Notes: a model not told the origin generated them from the letters alone. A stretch of DNA of 45,958 nt from Candidatus Eiseniibacteriota bacterium (GCA_031431875.1 JANPEF010000010.1:1-45958), one strand, 5' to 3'. Shown: positions 37,854 through 45,648, numbered from the stretch's first letter. A program made the numbers and translations.

Positions 37854-39959
37854 ATGCCGGCCGAGCGTCCGTACCCGCGCTTCCGGCGCGACCTCGTGGT
37901 GCGCCAGCTCCTCGAATCGGGAGAGGTGGCGTGGACGATCCACGATCCGCTGCGCAACATCTACTTCCGCCATGATCGGCTGACCCACGAGATCTGCGAG
38001 CTCCTCGACGGGGCGCGGGGGGCGACCGCCGTCGGCACGGCGCTCATGGAGAGCTACCCGCAGTACGACTTCCCTCTCGAGTGGGTGGACGAACGCGTGG
38101 ACGAGCTGCGCCGCGGCGGCTTCCTCGAAGAGTCGTTCAGCATGAACGAGATGCAGCGCGCCCGCGCCCGCGCGGCGCGCAACAAGTTCGCCCCCGAGTC
38201 GATGAAGAACATCTTCAATATCCAGTTCGGCGTCGTCGACCCGACGCTCGCATTCAATTTCGTGTACCCCGTGGCGCGGATCGCATTCGAGCGCTGGTTC
38301 GTGATCGGATCGGTCTTCGCGTTCTTCGCCGCCTGCGGCCTGCTGTGGGAGCGGCGCGATGCGCTCGCCGTCGGGCTCGCGACGATGTTCACGCTCCAGG
38401 ACTCGAGCTGGCTCGGCATCCTGCTCCTGTGGTTCATCCTGTTCGGCGTCGTCGTCGCCCACGAGTTCGGGCATGGCCTGGCGTGCAAGCACTTCGGGGG
38501 CCAGCCACGACGCATCGGCTTCATGCTCATGTACCTGATGCCCGGGATGTTCTGCGACGTCTCGGACATCTACTTCTTCGAGAGCCGCTGGCAGCGTGCC
38601 GCCGTCGCGCTAGCGGGCGGGTACGTCGAGATCCTGTTCTTCACCGCGTCGACGTTCATCTGGGTCGGCACGCCGCCCGACGTGCTGCTCCACGATCTCG
38701 CGTTCCGCGTGATGCTCTTCTCGGGCATGACCGGGCTGATCTTCAACTACAACCCGCTGATCAAGCTCGACGGCTACTACGTGCTCATGAGCTGGCTCGA
38801 CATCCCCGACCTGCGCGAACGCTCGTTCAAGTACGTCGGCGACCTGTTCCGGCGCCACGTCCTGCGCCTGCCGGTCGAACTCGAGCGGATCACGCGCCAC
38901 GAGCGCCGCGCGTTCCTCGCCTACGGAACGTTGGCCATGGTCTACTCGCTGTTCTACTCGATCGCCGCGCTGCTGTTCATCCGTGGCTTCCTCGTCGGGA
39001 ACTTCCGCGAGGTCGGCTTCGGCCTGTTCGCCATCCTGTTCTTCTACGCGACGCGCGGCCTGTGGAAGCGCCTGTACGGCGGCGCGCGCTACCTCGCGCT
39101 CGAGAAGAGCGGACTCGTGCAGCGCCACTTCGCCGCGGCGTTGGCCATCGTCGTCCTCGTCGTCGGCGCCCTGCTCGTGCCGCTGCCGCATCGCGTGAAG
39201 GTCGCCGCGACCCTTGCCGCGCCCGATCGGCGGGAGATCGTCGCGCCCCACGACGGACGCGTCGAGGACGTCCTCGTGGACGGCGGCGAACGCGTCGGCG
39301 CGGGCACCGTCGTCGCGCTCGTGCGGGTCGCCGGCGAGGGCGGCGAAGCCACTGCCGGACGGGCCGAGGAGGAGCGGGGCGACGCGGGATTCCGTCGCGC
39401 ACGCCGGGGCGCATCCGCGGCCGGGGAGCCGACGGCGCTGGCCGCGCTGCCGCTGGCGCGGGCCCGCGCCGCCGCCGTGAGCAGCGCCGACACGCGCGGC
39501 TTCATCGTCTCACCGCGCGAGGGCCACGTGCTCACGCTGCGGCCGCGCCGCTGGATCGGGCGCACCGTCGAGGCGGGCGAGTTCCTGTTCGAGATCGGCC
39601 GCTCCGATTCGCTCGACGTCCTGCTCGTCGCGAGCGAGCGCGAGATCGTCGATCTCGGGATCGATCGGCACGTCGACCTCCGCGTGCGCTCGGAGCCGGG
39701 CCGCTCCATCGCTTTCCGTGTTCTCGACGTCGACTGGTCGCCGCGCGGCGGGCCCGTCCTCGCACTGCCGACAGCCGAGCTGGTCGATTCCGAACGCAAG
39801 GCGGAACACTTCGTGGCGCGGGGCCGGATCGCGAATCCGGACCGGGCACTGCGGCCCGGCATGACCGGGATCGCGCGGGTCGAGGCCATGCCTCTCAACC
39901 TCCTTCAACGCGCCGGGCGGTTCTATGCCCGCATCGTGCGCGCGGACTTCTGGCTATGA
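37854..39959 (+). CDS. Putative PqqD/RRE-like domain + M50 intramembrane zinc peptidase + MFP fusion
   Basis: N-terminal IHDPLRNIYFR..ICELLDG..LRRGGFLE; HEFGH and NYNPLIKLDGYY; C-terminal APHDGRV...LRPGMTG. Confidence 0.85.
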   Translation: MPAERPYPRFRRDLVVRQLLESGEVAWTIHDPLRNIYFRHDRLTHEICELLDGARGATAVGTALMESYPQYDFPLEWVDERVDELRRGGFLEESFSMNEMQRARARAARNKFAPESMKNIFNIQFGVVDPTLAFNFVYPVARIAFERWFVIGSVFAFFAACGLLWERRDALAVGLATMFTLQDSSWLGILLLWFILFGVVVAHEFGHGLACKHFGGQPRRIGFMLMYLMPGMFCDVSDIYFFESRWQRAAVALAGGYVEILFFTASTFIWVGTPPDVLLHDLAFRVMLFSGMTGLIFNYNPLIKLDGYYVLMSWLDIPDLRERSFKYVGDLFRRHVLRLPVELERITRHERRAFLAYGTLAMVYSLFYSIAALLFIRGFLVGNFREVGFGLFAILFFYATRGLWKRLYGGARYLALEKSGLVQRHFAAALAIVVLVVGALLVPLPHRVKVAATLAAPDRREIVAPHDGRVEDVLVDGGERVGAGTVVALVRVAGEGGEATAGRAEEERGDAGFRRARRGASAAGEPTALAALPLARARAAAVSSADTRGFIVSPREGHVLTLRPRRWIGRTVEAGEFLFEIGRSDSLDVLLVASEREIVDLGIDRHVDLRVRSEPGRSIAFRVLDVDWSPRGGPVLALPTAELVDSERKAEHFVARGRIANPDRALRPGMTGIARVEAMPLNLLQRAGRFYARIVRADFWL

Positions 39960-41959
39960 CCGACGAACTTCGTTCCCAGATCGCCCGACTCGAAGCCGAG
40001 CGGGACCAGCTGCAGGCGTCGCTCGACGTCGCCTACGGACAGATGTCGGAGATCACCAGCCGCGTGCTCGCCATGAGCGAGGCCGCGACCAGTCTCGTCG
40101 AGACGCACGACGTCCCCTCGGCGGCGGTCGCCGTGCTCGACGTCGCCGCCCGCGCCGTCCTCGCGCGCTCGGGCTGCGTCTTCCTGTCCCTGGGTGAGGG
40201 CGCGTTCGAGCTCGTCGCCGCCACCGGGCTGGATGAAGCCCAGCAGGAGGAACTGTCGGCGAACCTTCCCGACCTCGCGCTCTGTCACCTCGCCGAGAAC
40301 GAGGGCCGGACCCTCGACGTCGTGGACGCCGAGGCGACCGAGGCCTACACGGAATGGAAAACCGAGTTCATCCGCGACCAGCCCGACGTCGACCCCGCGC
40401 CGCGTCTCGACCTGTTCGTCCCGCTTCTCCTCGAGAACCGCACCGTCGCGATCCTTGCGCTCGGAGGCCGACCGGGCGGCGTGCGCTATGACGAGAGCGA
40501 CCGGCTGTTCCTCGAGCACGTGGGCGACCAGGGCGCGCTGGCGATCGACCGCGCCCTGTTGTTCCAGCAGAACCAGAACCGCATCGAGGACCTCGACGCG
40601 CTGCTGCGCGTGAGCCGGGAACTGGCTTCGACACTCGACCTCGATCACGTGCTGATCACCGCCGTGAACCTCTCGGGTGCAATCGTGTCCCGCGAGCGGG
40701 CCGTCATCGCGCTCTTCGACGGCGGTCGGCTGCGCATCCGTGCCGTCAACGACCACTCGCGTGTCGACTCGAACACGAGCGAGAAGCTCGGCCTCGACCG
40801 CCTTCTCGAGTGGTTGGGCTATCGCAAGCCCGAGAGCCTGATCGCCCGGCTCTCGGAGGTGGAGGCGAACGAAGGGCACGAAGGCCGCGACGTCCTGCTC
40901 GAGCACTTCAAGGGCGAGATGCGCGCCCTCTACGTGATCGGCCTGCGCGATGACCAGGGTCCCGTCGGCGTGCTGCTGCTCGAGTCCTTCAATGACGGTG
41001 CGTTCTCGGTCGCGAGCGACCGCGAGGCACTGGGCGTGCTGAGTGGCCAGCTCGCGGTCGCCATCCGCAATGCGGAGCTCTATCGCCAACTCCCGATGGT
41101 CGGGGCGCTCGCCCCGCTCGCGGCCCGTCGCCGTCGCTGGGAGCGCATGGCCCCGGGCCGTCGGCGCCTGATCGTGCTTGGCCTGGTCGCCGCGCTCCTC
41201 CTCGTCGGCGTCGTTCCCTTCCCGGCCGCGATCGGCGGCGACGGACAGGTGCTCCCGGGGAGCGAGGTCGCGGTCCGCACCGCGATCGATGGGATCGTCC
41301 GCGACGTCGAGGTGCGCTCCGGCCAGTTCGTCATCGCCGGCCAGCGCCTCGCCGCGTTCGAGCCCGAGGGTCTCTCCCCCCGCATGGCGATCCTGCGGGC
41401 CGAGGCCGACCGGGCCCGCGGCGCCGGAGCGGCCGCCGAGGGACGGATGGATGCCTATGGCCGGCGCGAGGCGGATCTTGATCGGGAGGTTGCGCTCGCC
41501 CGGCTGGGTGCCGCCCAGCGCGACGTCGAGCGCTCCCAGCTATTGGCGCCCCAGGCCGGTTACGTCCTGACGCCCGATCTGGCCGAGCGGGAGGGCGTGC
41601 GGCTCGAAGCGGGGGAGGTGTTCTGCCAGGTGTCCCCGCTCGACACCCTCCGGGTCGAGGTCGGGATCAGCGAGAGCGACGTCGATCGGATCCGCCCGGG
41701 CGAGACCCTGCGGCTCAAGGTCCTCGGCTTTCCCGACCGCCAGTTCCGCGGTCGGGTGACCGAGGTGGCCTGGCAGGGGGAGCCCGGGCTGCCCGGACAC
41801 CCGGCGGTCTTCAAGGTCCTCGGCTGGGTGGCGAATCCCGGCCCGACCCTGCGCAGCGGGATGACCGGCCGGGCCCGGATCGACGTGGCCCCGGACACCC
41901 TGCTCGCGCGCTGGGGACGCGCGCTTTGGCGGTGGATTCGGATGGGCTTCTGGATGTAG
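39956..41959 (+). CDS. Tandem GAF domain + TM + MFP (HlyD-like) fusion
   Basis: ATGA overlap; GAF closers QGALAIDRALLF and QLAVAIRNAELY; TM helix; DGIVRDVEVRSGQ...LRSGMTGRARI. Confidence 0.85.
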   Translation: MTDELRSQIARLEAERDQLQASLDVAYGQMSEITSRVLAMSEAATSLVETHDVPSAAVAVLDVAARAVLARSGCVFLSLGEGAFELVAATGLDEAQQEELSANLPDLALCHLAENEGRTLDVVDAEATEAYTEWKTEFIRDQPDVDPAPRLDLFVPLLLENRTVAILALGGRPGGVRYDESDRLFLEHVGDQGALAIDRALLFQQNQNRIEDLDALLRVSRELASTLDLDHVLITAVNLSGAIVSRERAVIALFDGGRLRIRAVNDHSRVDSNTSEKLGLDRLLEWLGYRKPESLIARLSEVEANEGHEGRDVLLEHFKGEMRALYVIGLRDDQGPVGVLLLESFNDGAFSVASDREALGVLSGQLAVAIRNAELYRQLPMVGALAPLAARRRRWERMAPGRRRLIVLGLVAALLLVGVVPFPAAIGGDGQVLPGSEVAVRTAIDGIVRDVEVRSGQFVIAGQRLAAFEPEGLSPRMAILRAEADRARGAGAAAEGRMDAYGRREADLDREVALARLGAAQRDVERSQLLAPQAGYVLTPDLAEREGVRLEAGEVFCQVSPLDTLRVEVGISESDVDRIRPGETLRLKVLGFPDRQFRGRVTEVAWQGEPGLPGHPAVFKVLGWVANPGPTLRSGMTGRARIDVAPDTLLARWGRALWRWIRMGFWM

Positions 41960-41982
41960 CATCGCCGCACCTCGGAAGCCCC

Positions 41983-42026
41983 GGGGAGTTCCCCACCCAG
42001 CTTCTCCGCGGGCTGGGGAATTCCCG
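41983..42026. promoter_or_regulatory. Tandem palindromic enhancer-like sites
   Basis: GGGGAGTTCCCC (41983-41994) and GGGGAATTCCCG (42015-42026), 32 bp apart. Confidence 0.55.
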
Positions 42027-42126
42027 GATCACAGGGCCCGGGGTGGCTGGCAATGCTCTCCCCCCTTCGCTCCCCAAACAGCCTTCTGGACTGGGGTTAC
42101 ACGAACTTCTGGGCTCAGGTTCAGAA

Positions 42127-42142
42127 TGGCACGCCGGCTGCA
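42127..42142 (+). promoter_or_regulatory. Sigma54 -24/-12 promoter of the small peptide gene
   Basis: TGGCAC-GCCGG-CTGCA. Confidence 0.75.
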
Positions 42143-42226
42143 ATGAGGAGTCTTCGAATCCCGGCACTTCACTCGAGGTGAGGCCGGCGGGTTCGCCCGA
42201 AACTCTCAAGAGGAGGCACACCAGCC

Positions 42227-42403
42227 ATGACTTCCAAGAAGCTGACCCCGAAGGTCGTCGCGAAGACTTCGACCCCGACCGACAAGAAGATCACGAGCAA
42301 GGGCAACGTCGCGAGCGGTAGAGGCAGCATCGCCAGCGGTCGCGGCACCGTCGCCAGCGGTCGTGGCACCGTCGCTACCGGCCGCAAGATGACGGGCGAG
42401 TAG
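42227..42403 (+). CDS. 58-aa cationic heptad-repeat peptide (candidate precursor or exported substrate); not in ORF track
   Basis: AGGAGG RBS at 42211; MTSKKLTPKVVAKTSTPTDKKITSKGNVASGRGSIASGRGTVASGRGTVATGRKMTGE; synonymous variation between repeats; promoter and terminator flank it. Confidence 0.85.
   Translation: MTSKKLTPKVVAKTSTPTDKKITSKGNVASGRGSIASGRGTVASGRGTVATGRKMTGE
42302..42385 (+). repeat. Four 21-bp coding repeats (G-x-V/I-A-S/T-G-R)
   Basis: GNVASGR GSIASGR GTVASGR GTVATGR. Confidence 0.9.
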
Positions 42404-42450
42404 TTCCAGAACCGGCAGAGCCTCCTCGATAGCACTGCACCTCGAGCACG

Positions 42451-42490
42451 AAAACCGCGGGCCTCCTCGTCACGGAGGCCCTCGGTTTTT
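42451..42490. terminator. Intrinsic, probably bidirectional terminator
   Basis: AAAACCGCGGGCCTCC-loop-GGAGGCCCTCGGTTTTT. Confidence 0.85.
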
Positions 42491-42535
42491 CCATTCGAAT
42501 TCTGGAGGGTTGGTCCGGGCGAGTACTCTTCCGCT

Positions 42536-43216
42536 CTAGCGCGCAGAGTCCTTCATGCGCACGAACTCGGAGCCGCCCTTCTGCGCTCCCGACACCTGCT
42601 TGCCGCCCGCATCCCAGCCACGGTCGAGCAGGATCAGCCGATCCGGACGCACCTGCAGTTCCGACGTGGAGTACGCGGAGCCTTCCGTGCCACCCGGCTC
42701 CGCCGTACATCCCTTGCCCTCGGTTCCGCCGGCGAACTGGTCGCGCTGCTTGCGCAGCCAGACCGTGCAGCCCTCGCGCTGTTGAAGCGAGTCGGGCGTG
42801 ACCCGCGCCAGGCGCTTCTCCACCGGCTCGCTCCAGGCACCGACGACCCGCGACGGCGAAGGCAGCGTGAAATCGGCGATCTCGTAGCGACCGTCGTCGC
42901 GCAGGCTCAGCCGCCAGACGCGCTGGCGCTCGGGCGTCTTCTCGTGCCCGGCGGCGGCCTGCTCGACGTAGAACCAGTGGGCGGCGCTCATGGCGGGCCA
43001 GATCGGGGCGACGTGCAGACGGAGGTCGCGATACGACGTGTCACGGGACGCCTGCGACCGGCTCGAGAACGAGCCGGTCATCCAGGACTGGAGGAGCATC
43101 AGGTCCTTCGCCGCCTGCCGGGCCCCGGCGGGCGCGGGCGACTGTCCCCCCGCCGGACCGGCGAGGAACGCGAACAGCAGCGCGAGGAGCATCCCGACAA
43201 CGCGGGTCCGCCTCAT
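42536..43216 (-). CDS. CpcT/CpeT chromophore-lyase-like exported protein
   Basis: Signal peptide; WMTGSFSS..QA, PIWP, WFYVEQA, RQRVWRL, REGC, YSTSE, DRGWD. Confidence 0.8.
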   Translation of the reverse strand: MRRTRVVGMLLALLFAFLAGPAGGQSPAPAGARQAAKDLMLLQSWMTGSFSSRSQASRDTSYRDLRLHVAPIWPAMSAAHWFYVEQAAAGHEKTPERQRVWRLSLRDDGRYEIADFTLPSPSRVVGAWSEPVEKRLARVTPDSLQQREGCTVWLRKQRDQFAGGTEGKGCTAEPGGTEGSAYSTSELQVRPDRLILLDRGWDAGGKQVSGAQKGGSEFVRMKDSAR

Positions 43217-43953
43217 CCGACGGTGTCGAGCACGGACTCGTAGGTGCCGCGGACGCAGGTGAACGTCGGCGTGTCGCGCAGCGTGTAGCGGCTCGCGCCG
43301 GTCTCGCGCAAATCTTGGACGAGATCGAGGAAGTCGTCGGCGCGGTCGCTCTCGAAGGCGAGCACGAACTCCTGATCGTCGAGGCCGAACGAGTACGTCG
43401 TGTTGAGCTTGACCGACGGGTACGTCGTGCCGACGTGGATGTGCTCGCGCATCATCAGGCCGCGCGCCGCGGCGTCGAGGCCGTACCACTCGCGCATCTT
43501 CACGAACGGATAGACGAAGCAGTACTTCTGCGTGCCGGGCACGACGGTGAGGCGCTCGTCCTCGTGGCCGGGATGGATGTGGTCCACGTACGTCGAGCGC
43601 TTGGTCATCCCGAGAAAGGCGTACGGCGTGCGCAGGTACGGTCCCATCGCACTCTTCATGAGCGCGGCGCCGTGGCGCTGCAGCGGCTCGAGCTCGTAGT
43701 GGATGCGCCACAGCAGGATGTCCACGTCGCCGCGGACGCCGACGAGCGAGTACGGCACCAGGATACCGTCCTCGGCGCGGAACGCCTCGCAGGCGGCGAT
43801 GAAGCCCTCGCGACCGCGCGCCTTCTCGGTGTCGGGCAGGGCGCGCCACGCGGGATCGACCTTGAGGCCGTAGAACGAGACGAACTGGCGGCGCAGCCCG
43901 GGCTTGCCGGGAGCGGCCGGTGCGGCGTTGGGTGTGGCTTGCGTCGAGCTCAT
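43213..43953 (-). CDS. Chlorite dismutase superfamily protein, probably coproheme decarboxylase (ChdC/HemQ)
   Basis: YPFVK..EWY motif, MREHIHVG (proximal His), SFGLDDQEFVLAFE, LRETGASRYT.RDTP. Confidence 0.8.
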   Translation of the reverse strand: MSSTQATPNAAPAAPGKPGLRRQFVSFYGLKVDPAWRALPDTEKARGREGFIAACEAFRAEDGILVPYSLVGVRGDVDILLWRIHYELEPLQRHGAALMKSAMGPYLRTPYAFLGMTKRSTYVDHIHPGHEDERLTVVPGTQKYCFVYPFVKMREWYGLDAAARGLMMREHIHVGTTYPSVKLNTTYSFGLDDQEFVLAFESDRADDFLDLVQDLRETGASRYTLRDTPTFTCVRGTYESVLDTVG

Positions 43954-44060
43954 GGGGCGCGGACTCCTGCGTCAGGGGAAACGGCTCCCCCGAGGATAGC
44001 CGCGGGGTGCGCGCCCGGCAAGGGGGCCGGGCGCGCCGTTCCCACGACCGCAGAGGCAGC

Positions 44061-44702
44061 TCAGCGGCTGTAGGTGATCTCCATCATGGTGACGTCCTGC
44101 CCGCCCATGTTCGAGCTCATCGTGTAGACGTGCTTGTTCGCGTCGACCATCTTTGTCGTCGACGTGCACGCCATGGGCTTGCCGTCCATCCCGTCCATCA
44201 TCCCGGTCAGGACGATCCCCTTGTCCTTCGCCGCGGCGCCGGTCTGCATCATGGTCGCGGTGCTCATGTCGTCGATCCACAACGACCAGTACTGCTTCTT
44301 CGCATTGTCGAAGCCCATCAGGCTCACGCCCGTCATCGGCATGCCGGCGTACGTCCCCGTGAAGTGGCCCTCGAGCACACGACCGCCGAGGGTCATGGTG
44401 TTCACCATCGTGCCCACCGATTCTTCGGGGGGGCCGGGCGCGTACCATGACTTCATGTTCGCCTTCCACGTGCCGACCATTTTCGCGAGCTCCTTGTGCT
44501 CCGCGCCGGGAACGGCGTTCTTCATCATCTCGGCCATCATCGCGTCGTGTGCCGGGTCGGTCGCGGGCTTCGCCGCGGCTTTCGTCGGCGCGCCATGGTC
44601 ATGACCGCCGGCGCCCTCGTGGGCGCGAACCGGCGCGTCGACGGCAATCGCCGCGCAACAGGTCAGGACGACGAACGCGATCCGTACGGGATTCATGGAC
44701 AT
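44061..44702 (-). CDS. DUF1579 family exported protein
   Basis: Signal peptide; PGAEHKELAKMVGTW, GFDNAKKQY..WIDDMST, MEITYSR. Confidence 0.85.
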   Translation of the reverse strand: MSMNPVRIAFVVLTCCAAIAVDAPVRAHEGAGGHDHGAPTKAAAKPATDPAHDAMMAEMMKNAVPGAEHKELAKMVGTWKANMKSWYAPGPPEESVGTMVNTMTLGGRVLEGHFTGTYAGMPMTGVSLMGFDNAKKQYWSLWIDDMSTATMMQTGAAAKDKGIVLTGMMDGMDGKPMACTSTTKMVDANKHVYTMSSNMGGQDVTMMEITYSR

Positions 44703-44734
44703 CGAGGATTCCTCCGGGTGTGGGGAAGCGATGT

Positions 44735-45331
44735 TCAGCGATACGTGTTCTTGATCCGGCCCCACGACTCCGGCGTCGCCGGCGTGGTCGGATTCGGGAC
44801 GAAGAAGCCGCGGATCTCGCCGCCGCCGAACATGCTCGAGTGGATGTTGAAGTACGACTTGCCGTCGGCGATCGCCTGCAGCAGGGCGGCTCGCGCCCCG
44901 GCCACGGTTCCGCCGTTGGCCGTGACGTAGGCGGCGTTGTAGCTCGAGGCCAGGGTCAGGTCGATGACGGCGTTATAGACGCCGGCCGTGACTCCGGCCG
45001 GAAAGCCGGGGAAGGTCGGAGTCGTCGTTGCCACGCCGGCCGTTCCCGTGCCGGCCACCGCCGTCGGGGCGTGGATGTGCGCCACGGTCGTGTTGCCGAG
45101 CAGACCGCTCCAGTTCGCGGCGACGGTCATCGTGAGCAGGTTCGTGTCGATGTCGATCTGGGCGGTGCCGGTTCCCGGGGAGGCGTTGGGCGGAGACTCG
45201 AGCGCACCGCTGAAGGTCGTGGTGTAGGAGAGGATGGCGGCGGCGGCAGGCGTGGCGACGACGAACGCGCCGAAGACGAGAACGGGGAGGAACAGGCGGA
45301 AACGGAGGACTCGCGAGCTCAAGGCGTGCAT
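44735..45331 (-). CDS. Secreted CHRD domain protein with C-terminal SWGRIKNTYR tail
   Basis: AGGAG RBS, signal peptide, SGALESPPNASPGTG, AHIH, YFNIHSS.FGGGEIRG. Confidence 0.88.
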   Translation of the reverse strand: MHALSSRVLRFRLFLPVLVFGAFVVATPAAAAILSYTTTFSGALESPPNASPGTGTAQIDIDTNLLTMTVAANWSGLLGNTTVAHIHAPTAVAGTGTAGVATTTPTFPGFPAGVTAGVYNAVIDLTLASSYNAAYVTANGGTVAGARAALLQAIADGKSYFNIHSSMFGGGEIRGFFVPNPTTPATPESWGRIKNTYR

Positions 45332-45579
45332 GGGATTGCTCCTGATTGAAAGTCGGGCATCGATTCGGTCAGGGATGACGGTGACGCGAGGACAATCCAG
45401 CCGCGGGATGCATTCGATGCGCGTCCGGGTCGCGTTGCTCTTGTCGGCGAGTCCCGTTCCGCGGCCCGGGGGAGGGCCGTGCAGGATGAAAGTGCGCAGG
45501 AAGTTCGGGCGAGACCGGCCGTGCGCAGGATACGCCCGACCGGCCCGCAGGCAAAGCGCGCTGCAGCACTCTTTCCCCA

Positions 45580-45595
45580 CGCATTTCCCGTGCCA
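45580..45595 (-). promoter_or_regulatory. Sigma54 -24/-12 promoter upstream of the CHRD gene
   Basis: TGGCAC-GGGAA-ATGCG on the minus strand. Confidence 0.55.
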
Positions 45596-45648
45596 GCGAA
45601 AGTCGTCGGGGATCCCGGCCCTGGATCTGTTGCTGAACCGGCGAGGGG

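Noticed and set aside
38081..39955. Arg-rich N-terminal extension of the 1292-aa ORF
   Set aside because: Off-frame overlap with the M50 gene; the real start is ATG 39956 at an ATGA overlap.
42146..42216. AAACTCTCA resembles the glycine riboswitch 3' motif
   Set aside because: The GGAGA...CCGAAG core and the CUCUCAGG ending are missing, and the gene context is unrelated.
42169..42435. Minus-strand 88-aa ORF with PLATVPR repeats
   Set aside because: Antisense shadow of the plus-strand peptide; RBS, promoter, terminator and synonymous variation all favour the plus frame.
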